From IMG/VR virus record IMGVR_UViG_3300032235_000792: 64,000 nt of DNA. One strand, given 5' to 3'. Origin of the DNA: a virus. This document shows positions 1 to 9,967 of the stretch, in pieces (position 1 is the first letter of the stretch; every line of letters begins with the position of its first letter). The notes under the pieces were generated by a model. It saw only the letters and a list, made by a program, of their open reading frames with translations, searched no databases and was not told the origin of the DNA. The translations under genes were made by a program, and so were the position numbers.

Positions 1-18
1 AGCAGTGTCAGAGGTTTT

Positions 19-588
19 ATGAGTGATAGAAGGCAAACAGACTTTGATATTCTTATAGAGCATGGGATAGATATCCGCGGCAGAACTGTGTACCTTCAGG
101 GTGAGGTTGATTCAGAGAATATCCATAAATTCGTAAAGATGATAAGGTACTTAGATAAGACAGATGGTGAGATAACTGTAATATTGGACTCAGGTGGCGG
201 TGATGTAAATCTAGGTTTTGCAGCATACGACGCTATAAAAGAATGTAGAAATGCTGTTCAAGTTAAAGTTATTGGTGTTGCCATGTCTATGGGTAGTATC
301 ATATTACAAGCAGCAGATCTTAGAGTTATGACCAGACACTCAAGAATAATGATCCACCGGGGTCAGATGGAAGTCGGCGGGCACTTTAATGATGTTAAAA
401 GGGCTGTTCAAGAAAACGATGAGATGGACAAAATATGTCTTCAGATATACCACGACAAGATAACAGATAAAGATCCTCAATTCAAGATCGCTCAGCTTCA
501 GAAGATGATGGATTTTGATACTTACATTTCAGCAGAAAAAGCATTGGAATTAGGACTGATCGACGAGATAGAAGGTGATGCTAACTGA
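19..588 (+). CDS. clpP: ClpP-family protease subunit (copy 1)
   Basis: RTVYLQGEV, ILDSGGGDV, AMSMGS (catalytic Ser), IMIH (His), DTYISAEKALELGLIDEI; GAGG RBS. Confidence 0.9.
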   Translation: MSDRRQTDFDILIEHGIDIRGRTVYLQGEVDSENIHKFVKMIRYLDKTDGEITVILDSGGGDVNLGFAAYDAIKECRNAVQVKVIGVAMSMGSIILQAADLRVMTRHSRIMIHRGQMEVGGHFNDVKRAVQENDEMDKICLQIYHDKITDKDPQFKIAQLQKMMDFDTYISAEKALELGLIDEIEGDAN

Positions 589-784
589 TCCAGTCACCTA
601 TAAAATAGCAACAAGCTATTATAAAACTTATATAGGCAATTGTCATAATATCATCAAACTTTAGTCTAAATTTTAACAATCTACCGATAAGATTAATTAC
701 TTTAAATAAGAAAAGACCAACAGCTGTAACTAATGCAATAGCCAAAAATCCCATTAGTATCTTACTTAAGATTATGTTAGTCAT
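581..784 (-). CDS. small membrane protein, hypothetical
   Basis: 67 aa, two hydrophobic segments. Confidence 0.55.
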   Translation of the reverse strand: MTNIILSKILMGFLAIALVTAVGLFLFKVINLIGRLLKFRLKFDDIMTIAYISFIIACCYFIGDWIS

Positions 785-940
785 ATTTTTTAACCTTAAA
801 ATATTTAAGCTTGCACGTGTATCTCATTTGCTTTGAATTACCAACTATTTTCTTACCGACCTTGTGACAATTTTCTTTATCTAAGAATTTACCTTGCTCA
901 ACAGAGCCATTGATAAGTTGTATAACAAGCACCCAAAGTT

Positions 941-1150
941 TCATCCCTCTTCCTTTGCTTTATCTTCAAAGTGTCTCTTTAAAATTTTTAATGAAGCAAT
1001 AACTATGATTGCAATTGCTACTAGATTAGAAAACTTAGCCGCAACTAGTAGTGGGAAACAAGCTAGTAACAAGTAAATTCCGACGAACACGTCAGAGAAT
1101 AGACTAATTCCAAATAATAAAAGTAACAGTAAATCTAAGTGTTTTCTCAT
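941..1150 (-). CDS. small membrane protein, hypothetical
   Basis: 69 aa hydrophobic ORF with GAGGA RBS. Confidence 0.55.
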   Translation of the reverse strand: MRKHLDLLLLLLFGISLFSDVFVGIYLLLACFPLLVAAKFSNLVAIAIIVIASLKILKRHFEDKAKEEG

Positions 1151-1956
1151 TAATCGTCCTCTTTTTCAAAGTGAGCAGCATGCCTTATTCCATGATGAGT
1201 TGTGTATGGACCGACTTCAGCCTCATCTAGAGCCTTAACTATAATCTCAGCCAAATCTACAACCGAATCACAGTGCTTATTCTTTAATAGTGTTTCTGCA
1301 ATAATAATCTCTAATTCACTCCGCTTCACTTTCAGGCTCCCATGCGTTATCAGAAATACCTAACTTAGGTAGATGTGCTCTCGGAGGCAGCATACCATAT
1401 CTTTCGGCAAAAAATATGAAGTAACTAGAAAGCATCTCTACTCGATCATGATAAGAAGTTTTATCTAGATTTCTTCCGTGTAAGAAGTCAAGATCCATTC
1501 TAGCTAAATCACCTTTTATGCAGTCGATCATTTCGCTTTTTTTCATTTCTTCCTCTTCTGTATACGGACACCACTTGGCTCCACAAGAAGTTATACAAAA
1601 AGGGCATGTCATTTTTCTTGCTCTTGTTTAATTTTTTCTATAGCTTTATAAATGTAAGTAGCAAATATAGGTATAAAAAGTAATGCTAATCCCTGGGTTA
1701 CTGTATCATCGGCTTTTAAGAAAAGTTTAAAAGATAAACCTAAACCTGCGCCACCTAAAAATAATCTAATCATTTTTGTAAACACCTTGCTTTAATTTTT
1801 ATATCATCTTTTTTGCTTTCTAATTCAAGAGCTGCGCTTATGGCCTTCAAACAACCCGCACTACTTTCAAATTCCGCTGTAGTAACTGAAACATGTGAAT
1901 TAATTATTGTTATTAATATAAGTATGTACACGATTATCCTTTTTAATTACTATAAG

Positions 1957-2283
1957 TTACTTAGTCTTAAAACAAGCTTTAACTTTTTCTAATAGAACTT
2001 TTTCATCTAGAGCACCAAGAATTCTGCAAACTTCTTTTCCATCTTTAATAAGTACCAGTGCAGGAATTCTATCTATACCTAGGCGACTAGCGAGTGCTCC
2101 TCCCGTTTGTGTGTCCAGGTCTACTTCCCTTACTTCAATGAATAATTTTTTAGAAACAGACTTAACTGCAGGTGCAATTTCTTTGCAAGGTTGACACCAT
2201 GTTGCATAGAATTTAATAATAACATTGTTAGCATAAGCTGACAATGAAGATAAAGATAACATCGCCAATAGTATGTATTTCAT
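1957..2283 (-). CDS. thioredoxin with N-terminal signal peptide
   Basis: FYATWCQPC active site, cis-Pro loop IDRIP; hydrophobic leader MKYILLAMLSLSSLSAYA. Confidence 0.85.
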   Translation of the reverse strand: MKYILLAMLSLSSLSAYANNVIIKFYATWCQPCKEIAPAVKSVSKKLFIEVREVDLDTQTGGALASRLGIDRIPALVLIKDGKEVCRILGALDEKVLLEKVKACFKTK

Positions 2284-2311
2284 AGTTTCCTTTTTCTAAT
2301 ATAAAATCCGT

Positions 2312-2722
2312 TTATGCCTGCTTGTATCTGAATAAATCTTTTCTTCTTTTTAATATAGCCTTCTTTAAATCATCTGTCTTATCTGCTTCAGTTAGTGAAG
2401 CATTTGCTGTTTCAGTTAGCTTCATTAAAACAAAGTCATCATAGTCTTCAGGAACCATCTCGTCCATTTCTCTATTCTTCTTGCCCGCGAATTCATCAAA
2501 ATGCTGAAGTGCATGAATAGTATATTTGTAGCAAGCGTCTTCTGGTGAACACTTTGCATCACCTATATCGAATTTACCGCACCTAGCTATATTCAATAAA
2601 CTCTCAGAAATGTGATCTATTTCTTCACTGTCGACCTGAAATAAGATAGGCTCATTCCAGTCTATTTTGTTATTGAAATCACGTTCTATAATGTACTTTA
2701 TACACTGACTTATGCTCATCAT
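2312..2722 (-). CDS. hypothetical protein
   Basis: 136 aa ORF, GGAGG RBS. Confidence 0.65.
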   Translation of the reverse strand: MMSISQCIKYIIERDFNNKIDWNEPILFQVDSEEIDHISESLLNIARCGKFDIGDAKCSPEDACYKYTIHALQHFDEFAGKKNREMDEMVPEDYDDFVLMKLTETANASLTEADKTDDLKKAILKRRKDLFRYKQA

Positions 2723-2747
2723 ATTAAATCCTCCGTGATTCTAAATA

Positions 2748-3212
2748 TTACTGAACTGTAGATGACGTCAGGTGACCAATTCGTTTGGAGATTTCTGATT
2801 CAACTTCCGAATATGCCTCAGAATCAGGTTGAAGAGTAGACAATAGCACCTTAAGATCAGATAGAACCTGATCATTTTTAACCTTGATCTTAGGCGTTTT
2901 TGAATTGCTGCCATTAGCCACAACCTTTGTCGTTCTAGGTGAATAAGATGATCCGCCATTTAGCTCTTTAGCTTTTCTAAAATGATTTGAGATCAAGCTA
3001 GATACGTATGCTTTAACCTTAGCAAGGTCAGACGTGACACCCTTATAAGCTACGACACCAGATGTAATATCGTTAACAATGCTATCTCTTAGAGATGTTA
3101 ATTGAGTTGATGTTATTTGATTTTTAACTGGCTGAGACGGATCGTAGCTAGAACCCAATAGATTTTTTACACCGTCAACTACTGCTTGCTTTTGAGAAAT
3201 TTGATTGCTCAT
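2748..3212 (-). CDS. paralogue family A protein (divergent copy), unknown function
   Basis: SQKQAVV...YVSSLISNHFRKAKELNGGSSY aligns with ORFs at 19121, 33589, 35760, 37372. Confidence 0.8.
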   Translation of the reverse strand: MSNQISQKQAVVDGVKNLLGSSYDPSQPVKNQITSTQLTSLRDSIVNDITSGVVAYKGVTSDLAKVKAYVSSLISNHFRKAKELNGGSSYSPRTTKVVANGSNSKTPKIKVKNDQVLSDLKVLLSTLQPDSEAYSEVESEISKRIGHLTSSTVQ

Positions 3213-3285
3213 GTGTCCTCCTAAAACGTTTAATTATCGCACCGTGCGATATAATAAAATTATACTAATTAAAAAATATACAGAA

Positions 3286-3573
3286 TCACAGACCGTAGGT
3301 AAATTCCATCTTCTCTCTTTCAGAGATTACAGTTATCTTTATTCTTTCAATTGGTAAAACAGACCATTCGAAATCAACAAGATGAAGCTTATCTGCATCA
3401 GCTGCCTTCAATAAAGAGGTGACAACTAGTTCCGCCTTCAATTGAGAAGAATCTGCCGTCTTCCATTTTTCTGGGTCTATGAGCTTATTGTCAGACATCC
3501 AAGATATCATCTCTTCTGCTGCACTAAAATCTATTAGCCTTTTAGTACAGTGAATTTTATTCAATATTGACAT
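3286..3573 (-). CDS. hypothetical protein
   Basis: 95 aa ORF in tightly packed minus-strand operon. Confidence 0.6.
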   Translation of the reverse strand: MSILNKIHCTKRLIDFSAAEEMISWMSDNKLIDPEKWKTADSSQLKAELVVTSLLKAADADKLHLVDFEWSVLPIERIKITVISEREKMEFTYGL

Positions 3574-3709
3574 GCAAGAATCCTTCAGAGTGATATGCGG
3601 TGTTTATCTCTATAATACTTAACTTATCTAGAACTTCTAAGAAGTTCATTATGGTCGCTGATGTAAGATATAAATCATTACCGTTGTGACTAATTAGATC
3701 AAATCTCAT
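3557..3709 (-). CDS. 50-aa micro-ORF (not in ORF track)
   Basis: MRFDLISHNG...LEVLDKLSII...HVNIE; ATG overlaps the TGA of the upstream ORF and fills the gap. Confidence 0.55.
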   Translation of the reverse strand: MRFDLISHNGNDLYLTSATIMNFLEVLDKLSIIEINTAYHSEGFLHVNIE

Positions 3710-3918
3710 CAACCCCACCAGTTGCTATCATTTCTATAGTTATAAAGTTTATCTGGCCCGTGTCTTAGCAGTATGTAAAGCTCTTTCGCCATCCAGTGCC
3801 TAACTACTCCATTGTGGCCGATATCTAACTTATAGAGCATATATGTAAGGCTATCACATATATCTGATTCATAGTTAATCATGTTAGTGTCAATAAAATA
3901 CACTTTATCACTTGTCAT
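3709..3918 (-). CDS. hypothetical protein
   Basis: 69 aa, overlaps the ligase 3' end. Confidence 0.55.
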   Translation of the reverse strand: MTSDKVYFIDTNMINYESDICDSLTYMLYKLDIGHNGVVRHWMAKELYILLRHGPDKLYNYRNDSNWWG

Positions 3919-5152
3919 TGCGCCACCGCAAGAATACTGGGAACCGCATAACTCCGTCTTCCGTTAGCTCTTGATACTTGATCTCAGCTATTTTACCTAT
4001 AAATTCTGACTGATTGCTCCACATATATTGTCTATCCTCATCAGTAAATCCAGAACCACATCTGCATGCAACACCATTCTCTTGAATAAGATCTACGCCA
4101 CCCATAACCCCGTCATTTCTAGAACCGGCTTCACCTTCATATAGACCGACCACACGACAATCTTGAGACTGCATGGTCTTTAGCTTAAGTAACTTGTTAG
4201 ATTTCTTGCCTAGATAATAAGGAATGTCAGGTAATAGCATAGCGCCTTCATAACCTTGAGCCATACATTCAGCTTCAAACTTGTAAGCATCGTCTGCATT
4301 GGTTATGAATTTTTGATCTACTCTAACTATATTTTCTTCAAACGAATATTCTAAATCAGCTAACTGATTTAACCTTTCTGATGTCTTCATACTAAAGGAC
4401 TTACTGTTCCATTCGCCATACGGAATATAGCCAAATACAAAATACTTCACATCACCGACCGTCGTTCCTCGTTTATTGGCAAAAGCAGATTTCTGCATAG
4501 ACTGAAAGTCATCGGACATAATCTCACCATCTAGTACTAGGCTAGCTTTAGGAAAAGATCTTTCTAACGATTCAGCTATTGACGGGAAGTTAACGAATTC
4601 TGTACCAGCACGAGAATACAGAGTAACTTTGCCCTCGTTTATAACAGCTAAGCACCTGTATCCGTCAAATTTAGGGCTTGCAAATACACCTTTAGATATG
4701 ATTTGATTAAGTGTTTTACATGATTTGCCATCTTTAGCGAGCATAACATCAAATAACGGAATATCAAATCCTGCTTCTGCAGCAGTCTCAGCACTAAAAC
4801 CAGCTTTTAGATCTTTTCTCAAGATTCTAAGATACCAGTCTACCTGCTTTTTTGAACACTTAATTAAGAAAAACACAAGCTCTAATCTTGCTTCGTTGCC
4901 CGTTATAACTCTAGTTTCTAATTTATTAAGTATTTCAATGAATTCTTCATGTAGATCGGGGAAGGCGACGCCTTCATTTATTAGGCTTTGACCTAAATCT
5001 AGCTTATTTATATAGAAGATTCTTTTGTAGTTTAGAGCAGCGTCCAGCAATTGAGCCAGACGCTTATTTTGAACATTATCTTTTAGTAATTTAAGTTTGC
5101 CATTTTTACTGCTCTCATCAGATATTGCCTGCAAAATATTGAGCTCGTCCAT
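3908..5152 (-). CDS. lig: ATP-dependent DNA ligase
   Basis: motif I KFDGYR, LDGEI, EGAML, LLKLK, OB-fold CGSGF and MRFPVF. Confidence 0.95.
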   Translation of the reverse strand: MDELNILQAISDESSKNGKLKLLKDNVQNKRLAQLLDAALNYKRIFYINKLDLGQSLINEGVAFPDLHEEFIEILNKLETRVITGNEARLELVFFLIKCSKKQVDWYLRILRKDLKAGFSAETAAEAGFDIPLFDVMLAKDGKSCKTLNQIISKGVFASPKFDGYRCLAVINEGKVTLYSRAGTEFVNFPSIAESLERSFPKASLVLDGEIMSDDFQSMQKSAFANKRGTTVGDVKYFVFGYIPYGEWNSKSFSMKTSERLNQLADLEYSFEENIVRVDQKFITNADDAYKFEAECMAQGYEGAMLLPDIPYYLGKKSNKLLKLKTMQSQDCRVVGLYEGEAGSRNDGVMGGVDLIQENGVACRCGSGFTDEDRQYMWSNQSEFIGKIAEIKYQELTEDGVMRFPVFLRWRNDK

Positions 5153-5154
5153 CG

Positions 5155-5973
5155 TTACTCCTCGCGAATTATAGCATCAAAAAGACCGACAGTCGGTGTC
5201 ATTAATACCTCATCTCTACCTACTGCAACATTGATCCCAACTACCTTACCAGCAGAATTAACAACAGGTCCACCACTCATACCCTTAACTAGATATCCAT
5301 TGCCTTTATAGGCAAATCCGCTATTTCCAAGCGCAATAAAGTTAGAGCATACAGCTGGTGTTTTAAGATTAGCGTACCCACAAGACCGTAATAATTCACC
5401 AGGAACTACATCGAAGCTTGTTGCAAGAGGTATTTTCTCAAATTCTGAGAAATCTCCACTCAATACTGCAAAGTCTCTATGACCTAGTTCGCTATCGACA
5501 GCTATCACTTTAATCTTTACTTCTTTACCTAAAGAATTAAATACTTTAAATGTATCGGGTTGTTCTTTTTTTAGCTTATCTATAAATCTTCTTGCACTAT
5601 TAATTTCTCTCATCATGCTTTTCTTAATAGTGACACACTGTAATTTTGGCATCTGAGTAATGGTATCACAATCAACACTGTTCATTTCTACGAGAGTTCT
5701 TTCTATAAAAATTCTAGCACCAACTATTGCTCCCTCTTTGTTCTCTTTAATAAGAGACTTGGATACTTCTACGCAATGTCCAGCTGTTATAGCTTTTCTA
5801 TTAGAGATAACAAACGCTGTACATCCACCACCATTATCTGTTAAAATCTTAATAACAGCATGATGCTTAGTGCCAACTGGGTTGGTTACATTGTAAACCT
5901 CAGATACATTGCTACTTGTTTTGAGGTTGCAGGACATGAGAAGCAGGGAAGCTAGTAACAGAATTAATTTCAT
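5155..5973 (-). CDS. trypsin-like serine protease, probable lipoprotein
   Basis: TAGHC, DFAVL, GMSGGP triad motifs; start re-called at MKLILLLASLLLMSC (lipobox-like, AAGGAG RBS). Confidence 0.85.
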   Translation of the reverse strand: MKLILLLASLLLMSCNLKTSSNVSEVYNVTNPVGTKHHAVIKILTDNGGGCTAFVISNRKAITAGHCVEVSKSLIKENKEGAIVGARIFIERTLVEMNSVDCDTITQMPKLQCVTIKKSMMREINSARRFIDKLKKEQPDTFKVFNSLGKEVKIKVIAVDSELGHRDFAVLSGDFSEFEKIPLATSFDVVPGELLRSCGYANLKTPAVCSNFIALGNSGFAYKGNGYLVKGMSGGPVVNSAGKVVGINVAVGRDEVLMTPTVGLFDAIIREE

Positions 5974-6193
5974 TTTTCTCCTTACGGGCTTGTAGTATCT
6001 TTTTCGCTTTATAAAGAATTGCTTTTCTAAAATCATTGTCAGTTTTACATGAAAGAAAGTCTAGCACAACTAACATTTTATCTAGTGAAAAGTTTTTCTT
6101 CTCCAACGAATCAATAATGTCATAAGCCCTTATTTTTTCGTATTTTTCTTGTTTTTCTACTATTCTAGCAGAATCAAAGAACATATATTTCAT
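5912..6193 (-). CDS. hypothetical protein
   Basis: 93 aa, GGAGG RBS. Confidence 0.5.
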   Translation of the reverse strand: MKYMFFDSARIVEKQEKYEKIRAYDIIDSLEKKNFSLDKMLVVLDFLSCKTDNDFRKAILYKAKKILQARKEKNEINSVTSFPASHVLQPQNK

Positions 6194-6224
6194 TTATACC
6201 TCCATTTTCTGGTATAATAGTTAC

Positions 6225-6671
6225 ATGACAAGTAAAGAAGAAATCGAAAAACACAAAAATGATTTTATCTCTGAATGGACGCCACGTTTAAGAATGTGGA
6301 TAAAGGACGTTGCTGGTCCTAGACGTCTATCAGAGGATCAACTTCAAGAATATCGCACCGCCGCAACATATGGCCTAATGGGTGCATTAGCTAATTATGA
6401 CAAATCAAAGGGTGCTAGTTTCGACACCTTTGCTGCTCATCACGTTAAAGGTCATTTAAAAAACCATATGGCAAGATCTGGCGATATTAAGTCAAATGTC
6501 TTAGGCCAAATTCAAGAAGCAGAAAGAGAAGCTAGAAAAGAAAGACAGCAAGCTCCTCAACAACCGGCATCATCAGCGCCAAAAATACCAACTATACCAA
6601 AACCAAGTGAACCAGCAGAGCCGAAATCTCCGACCCTGCCTGTGCAAAAACCTACTCCGGATCGTCCTTAG
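6225..6671 (+). CDS. minimal sigma-70-like factor (region 2 only, Pro-rich tail)
   Basis: GLMGALANYDKSKGASFDTFAAHHVKGHL resembles sigma region 2.2-2.4; no region 3/4. Confidence 0.7.
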   Translation: MTSKEEIEKHKNDFISEWTPRLRMWIKDVAGPRRLSEDQLQEYRTAATYGLMGALANYDKSKGASFDTFAAHHVKGHLKNHMARSGDIKSNVLGQIQEAEREARKERQQAPQQPASSAPKIPTIPKPSEPAEPKSPTLPVQKPTPDRP

Positions 6672-6975
6672 TAAGTTCTTCTTTTAGATCATTATCGAAT
6701 TGAAGATCAAATACAACCGATTCAGCTGCCTTTTTTGGCGCATCCCAAAGACTATCGGCAAATGACTCATGGCTAGAGCTCAGCATCCATTTACACATTT
6801 CCAATTTCACACCAAGTTGATTATCGAACGTGTTATCTGAGGAGAATTTTTGCAGTGCAGCTTCAAGTCCAGGCGTAAGTGGTACGTTGAAGTGCGAAGC
6901 ATATTTTAAAACATTAGCACAATCTTCATTAGAGATAGTAACTTTATTTTTAACGTCATCAGTTTTGTCTGTCAT
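6652..6975 (-). CDS. hypothetical protein
   Basis: 107 aa, AAGGAG RBS, coupled to clpP copy 2. Confidence 0.65.
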   Translation of the reverse strand: MTDKTDDVKNKVTISNEDCANVLKYASHFNVPLTPGLEAALQKFSSDNTFDNQLGVKLEMCKWMLSSSHESFADSLWDAPKKAAESVVFDLQFDNDLKEELTKDDPE

Positions 6976-7619
6976 TTTTTCTCCTTTTTATTTTTATTTT
7001 GAATCTGTTGTGGTTTTTTAGTATTTTTTGGTTTAGCTTCTTCGTTTTGATACTTTTTATCAGGTGATACTTCAACCTGATACATTACTATTGGTTTAAT
7101 CATTGGTGTACCAACAAAATCGACTATTCCAAATTTTTTAGATTGCTCAGCATCTAAATAAAAATCTCTGGATTCATTGTCTTTAATAATCTGCTTCAAT
7201 TCATTGAGACTTTTACTACATCTTTTCGCTAGAAACGACATAAACGTGTCATTGACCCGTTTACACTCATCTACATTTTTTTGTAAGCCTTCTACAGGGC
7301 CGTAGTCGCCGCCAGTAGATTGATGAATCATAACTCTAGAAAACTTACCGCAAAAGCGGTGATCTCCAGCTGCCAATAAAACAGCACCGCAACTCATTGC
7401 TTTACCAATACAAACTGTGATAATAGGATTAGTAACCTGACCGATAGTTTCCAACATAGAATTTAAAGAGTCTAAGTAACCACCGTAGGAATCGATGTAG
7501 ACAACTATTGGCATGTTAGGATCTTGCATATTGCGAATCATAACCTGTTTCCTAAACTGTCTAGCGGATTCTTCATTGAACGAATTAACAATAATGTCAT
7601 CGTATCTTTCATCTGACAT
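6972..7619 (-). CDS. clpP: ClpP-family protease subunit (copy 2)
   Basis: YIDSYGG, AMSCGA, VMIHQ, DFYLDAEQSKKFGIVD; start re-called at MSDERY after GGAGG. Confidence 0.9.
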   Translation of the reverse strand: MSDERYDDIIVNSFNEESARQFRKQVMIRNMQDPNMPIVVYIDSYGGYLDSLNSMLETIGQVTNPIITVCIGKAMSCGAVLLAAGDHRFCGKFSRVMIHQSTGGDYGPVEGLQKNVDECKRVNDTFMSFLAKRCSKSLNELKQIIKDNESRDFYLDAEQSKKFGIVDFVGTPMIKPIVMYQVEVSPDKKYQNEEAKPKNTKKPQQIQNKNKKEKK

Positions 7620-7659
7620 ATAACCTCCTTCATGAAGATATACATAAATATAAAATCTG

Positions 7660-7869
7660 TTATGGTAAATCCAGTAAAGTAGATTCAATTTTCGAATCTA
7701 ATTCTTCTTCTGTATATATAGATTCTACTATTGCAATTGCGACATTTTGCATTGTTGCCCTAAAGTGATCAAGCATAGCAGGTGGCCAACCGACTGCTTC
7801 ATGTGGCGTGTATGAGTTCCACACTGCATTATGAATAATCATTAAAGCTTCTTCTTTATTTTTTAGCAT
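7660..7869 (-). CDS. hypothetical protein with C-terminal IESTLLD tail
   Basis: 69 aa ORF in operon. Confidence 0.6.
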   Translation of the reverse strand: MLKNKEEALMIIHNAVWNSYTPHEAVGWPPAMLDHFRATMQNVAIAIVESIYTEEELDSKIESTLLDLP

Positions 7870-8231
7870 ATTTCGCCTTTTATATTAAAAAGGCCAAGAA
7901 AAGTTTTACTATCACCATTTACAAATCTAGAATTTAAACTATTTACAATATCGTCAGCCATATCAAGTGCTAAAATTCTATACTTATAATCTTCACTAAA
8001 AAAAGAAGATACAAAATTAGGTTCGTCTTTTTCGATAGAGAGTCTTAATAGCTTAATTTGATCAGATAGTGATTGTAAACACGTTCCGTTATTAGAATCT
8101 GATATATTAGCGGATATTTGTATAATACAGACCGCTGTGTCTTTGAAGACTTTAGCGTATTTTTTATCATGTATTCTTTTCTCTACAAAAGAAGTCTGAG
8201 AGCATAACATAAGTCTAGCCAAGTCGATCAT
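7863..8231 (-). CDS. hypothetical protein
   Basis: 122 aa, GGAGG RBS. Confidence 0.6.
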   Translation of the reverse strand: MIDLARLMLCSQTSFVEKRIHDKKYAKVFKDTAVCIIQISANISDSNNGTCLQSLSDQIKLLRLSIEKDEPNFVSSFFSEDYKYRILALDMADDIVNSLNSRFVNGDSKTFLGLFNIKGEIC

Positions 8232-8477
8232 TTAATCCTCCATTTTTAATGCAATCACTAAAGCAGATACAGAATCTTTATCATTAAAAACAAAAAGCGG
8301 AACTGGGTCATTTTTGTATTTAAAAACGCACGAGGTATAGTCTTTAGCTATAAAGATCTTTATTTTATTTTTAACTAAAAAAAATCTATTAGTAATAGTA
8401 ATTCTACCCTTCAATAATCTTAAAGCGTCATCAAGATCAGAACTTAAAAATAATAACTTACTAATATGATTAATCAT
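8232..8477 (-). CDS. hypothetical protein
   Basis: 81 aa, coupled to neighbours. Confidence 0.5.
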   Translation of the reverse strand: MINHISKLLFLSSDLDDALRLLKGRITITNRFFLVKNKIKIFIAKDYTSCVFKYKNDPVPLFVFNDKDSVSALVIALKMED

Positions 8478-8934
8478 CCGATTCGTCTTCGTCCAGCAAT
8501 ATATTATCTATCTCTTCAGGAAAGGAGAAGTAGTACAGGTCATTAAAAGTAGATATTTGTTCTTCTATTTCTTTTTTTATTTTTAAATCAGTGTTGTCTT
8601 TGTGGGCTTTGGTTACTCTTTTAGACAGAGTGCTCCAAGTTCTCCAAACAGGGCAGGTCCATCTAGTTAATATACCAGATAGTTTATAGTGACTAGTGAT
8701 AACATTGTTTCCTACTTTAAATTGGATTCCTAATTTATTACTTGAGGTGTCGTGCCATATACACATACTGCATTTTTTAGTAATTAATTCTAATCGATGA
8801 ACTCTTTTAATGTCATGAGTCAAGTCGTAGTTAAATTGACCTGGCCATTTCTTAATATCAGTGTCTTCTAAAGTACTCATCATTCTGTTTAGAATTATGA
8901 GCAACTGCTCTCTCTGCATCATCCTTGTACCCAT
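8470..8934 (-). CDS. hypothetical protein with C-terminal IDNILLD tail
   Basis: 154 aa ORF downstream of thyX. Confidence 0.6.
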   Translation of the reverse strand: MGTRMMQREQLLIILNRMMSTLEDTDIKKWPGQFNYDLTHDIKRVHRLELITKKCSMCIWHDTSSNKLGIQFKVGNNVITSHYKLSGILTRWTCPVWRTWSTLSKRVTKAHKDNTDLKIKKEIEEQISTFNDLYYFSFPEEIDNILLDEDESDD

Positions 8935-9629
8935 CCAGCTGCCTCAGATATTATAGGAAAATTAATAATGAAGTGTTGTTTTATTGCTTCAGCGATCTCT
9001 CTGTGCTCTTTTTGCGTTGCTGGATCTGATCTAAGGTTTATATAATGAACCCATGATCTGAGGGTGCCGTTCATAAATAGTCTTGTCTTTGCTTGTAATG
9101 GAAGAACCGCCCTTGCACATTCTTTAGCGATATTGTTATCTAATGCCCATTTATAGTGTTGAAATGATGCCTTCCAATTCTCTATCTGCCGCTGTTCCCA
9201 CTCTTGTTTAATGTTGTCGGCTAAATCATCTAAAGAGTTTTGTCTATTTTTCTTGTCTTGTCTACGCGCTACATAGATTTCAATGCCACTTTCATCGACT
9301 GATTGGTAGCGTTGACTAAATTCTTGAAAATTGAAGGACCTATGCCTCAATATTTGAGGAGCTATCATTCTTGATGTTTCTATTTCAAATGATGCGTTAC
9401 CCATTTCAAGTATTGACCAATGACCGTGATTAATGCAGTACTTAATTAAGCCAGCATAATTTGGATTTTTTTGATCTGAAGAGCTCACCCTAGCAATGTA
9501 AGCGACTAATCCTTCCATTGTTTGGACATTTTGAATAAATGGAAGTTCTTCTGCTGAAGATACTTCTTTTATAAGTTTTTCAACATACGATTCATCTATT
9601 TTAGTTTGAGAGACTAGTCTAACTTCCAT
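8919..9629 (-). CDS. thyX: FAD-dependent thymidylate synthase
   Basis: HWSILE, RHRSFNFQEFSQRY ThyX motif, KECARAVLP, QKEHR. Confidence 0.95.
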   Translation of the reverse strand: MEVRLVSQTKIDESYVEKLIKEVSSAEELPFIQNVQTMEGLVAYIARVSSSDQKNPNYAGLIKYCINHGHWSILEMGNASFEIETSRMIAPQILRHRSFNFQEFSQRYQSVDESGIEIYVARRQDKKNRQNSLDDLADNIKQEWEQRQIENWKASFQHYKWALDNNIAKECARAVLPLQAKTRLFMNGTLRSWVHYINLRSDPATQKEHREIAEAIKQHFIINFPIISEAAGWVQG

Positions 9630-9967
9630 GCAACCTCTTAAAATAATTTTTTTATAGAATTGATAGTGTTAGATCTTATTGTACTTGATATAGTTTTGTT
9701 AGTTTCAGTAATTGAAATTGAAATAGCAAATAATAAGTAAATTACAACAAATATAGCGACTATGTATTTAGCATTAAAGATATAGTCATCTATCAATAGA
9801 TTGTTTATCATATATTCCTATAGATATAAGAAGTACAGTACAGTACTATACAATACTTCTTATACGTAGCCTACTCAAAATATCAGCAATTTCATTGGAT
9901 AACGTCGATTTCTCTATAAAACAATCTAATTAGTAATTTTAACAAGTTATTCTTGTGATTCATTGAG

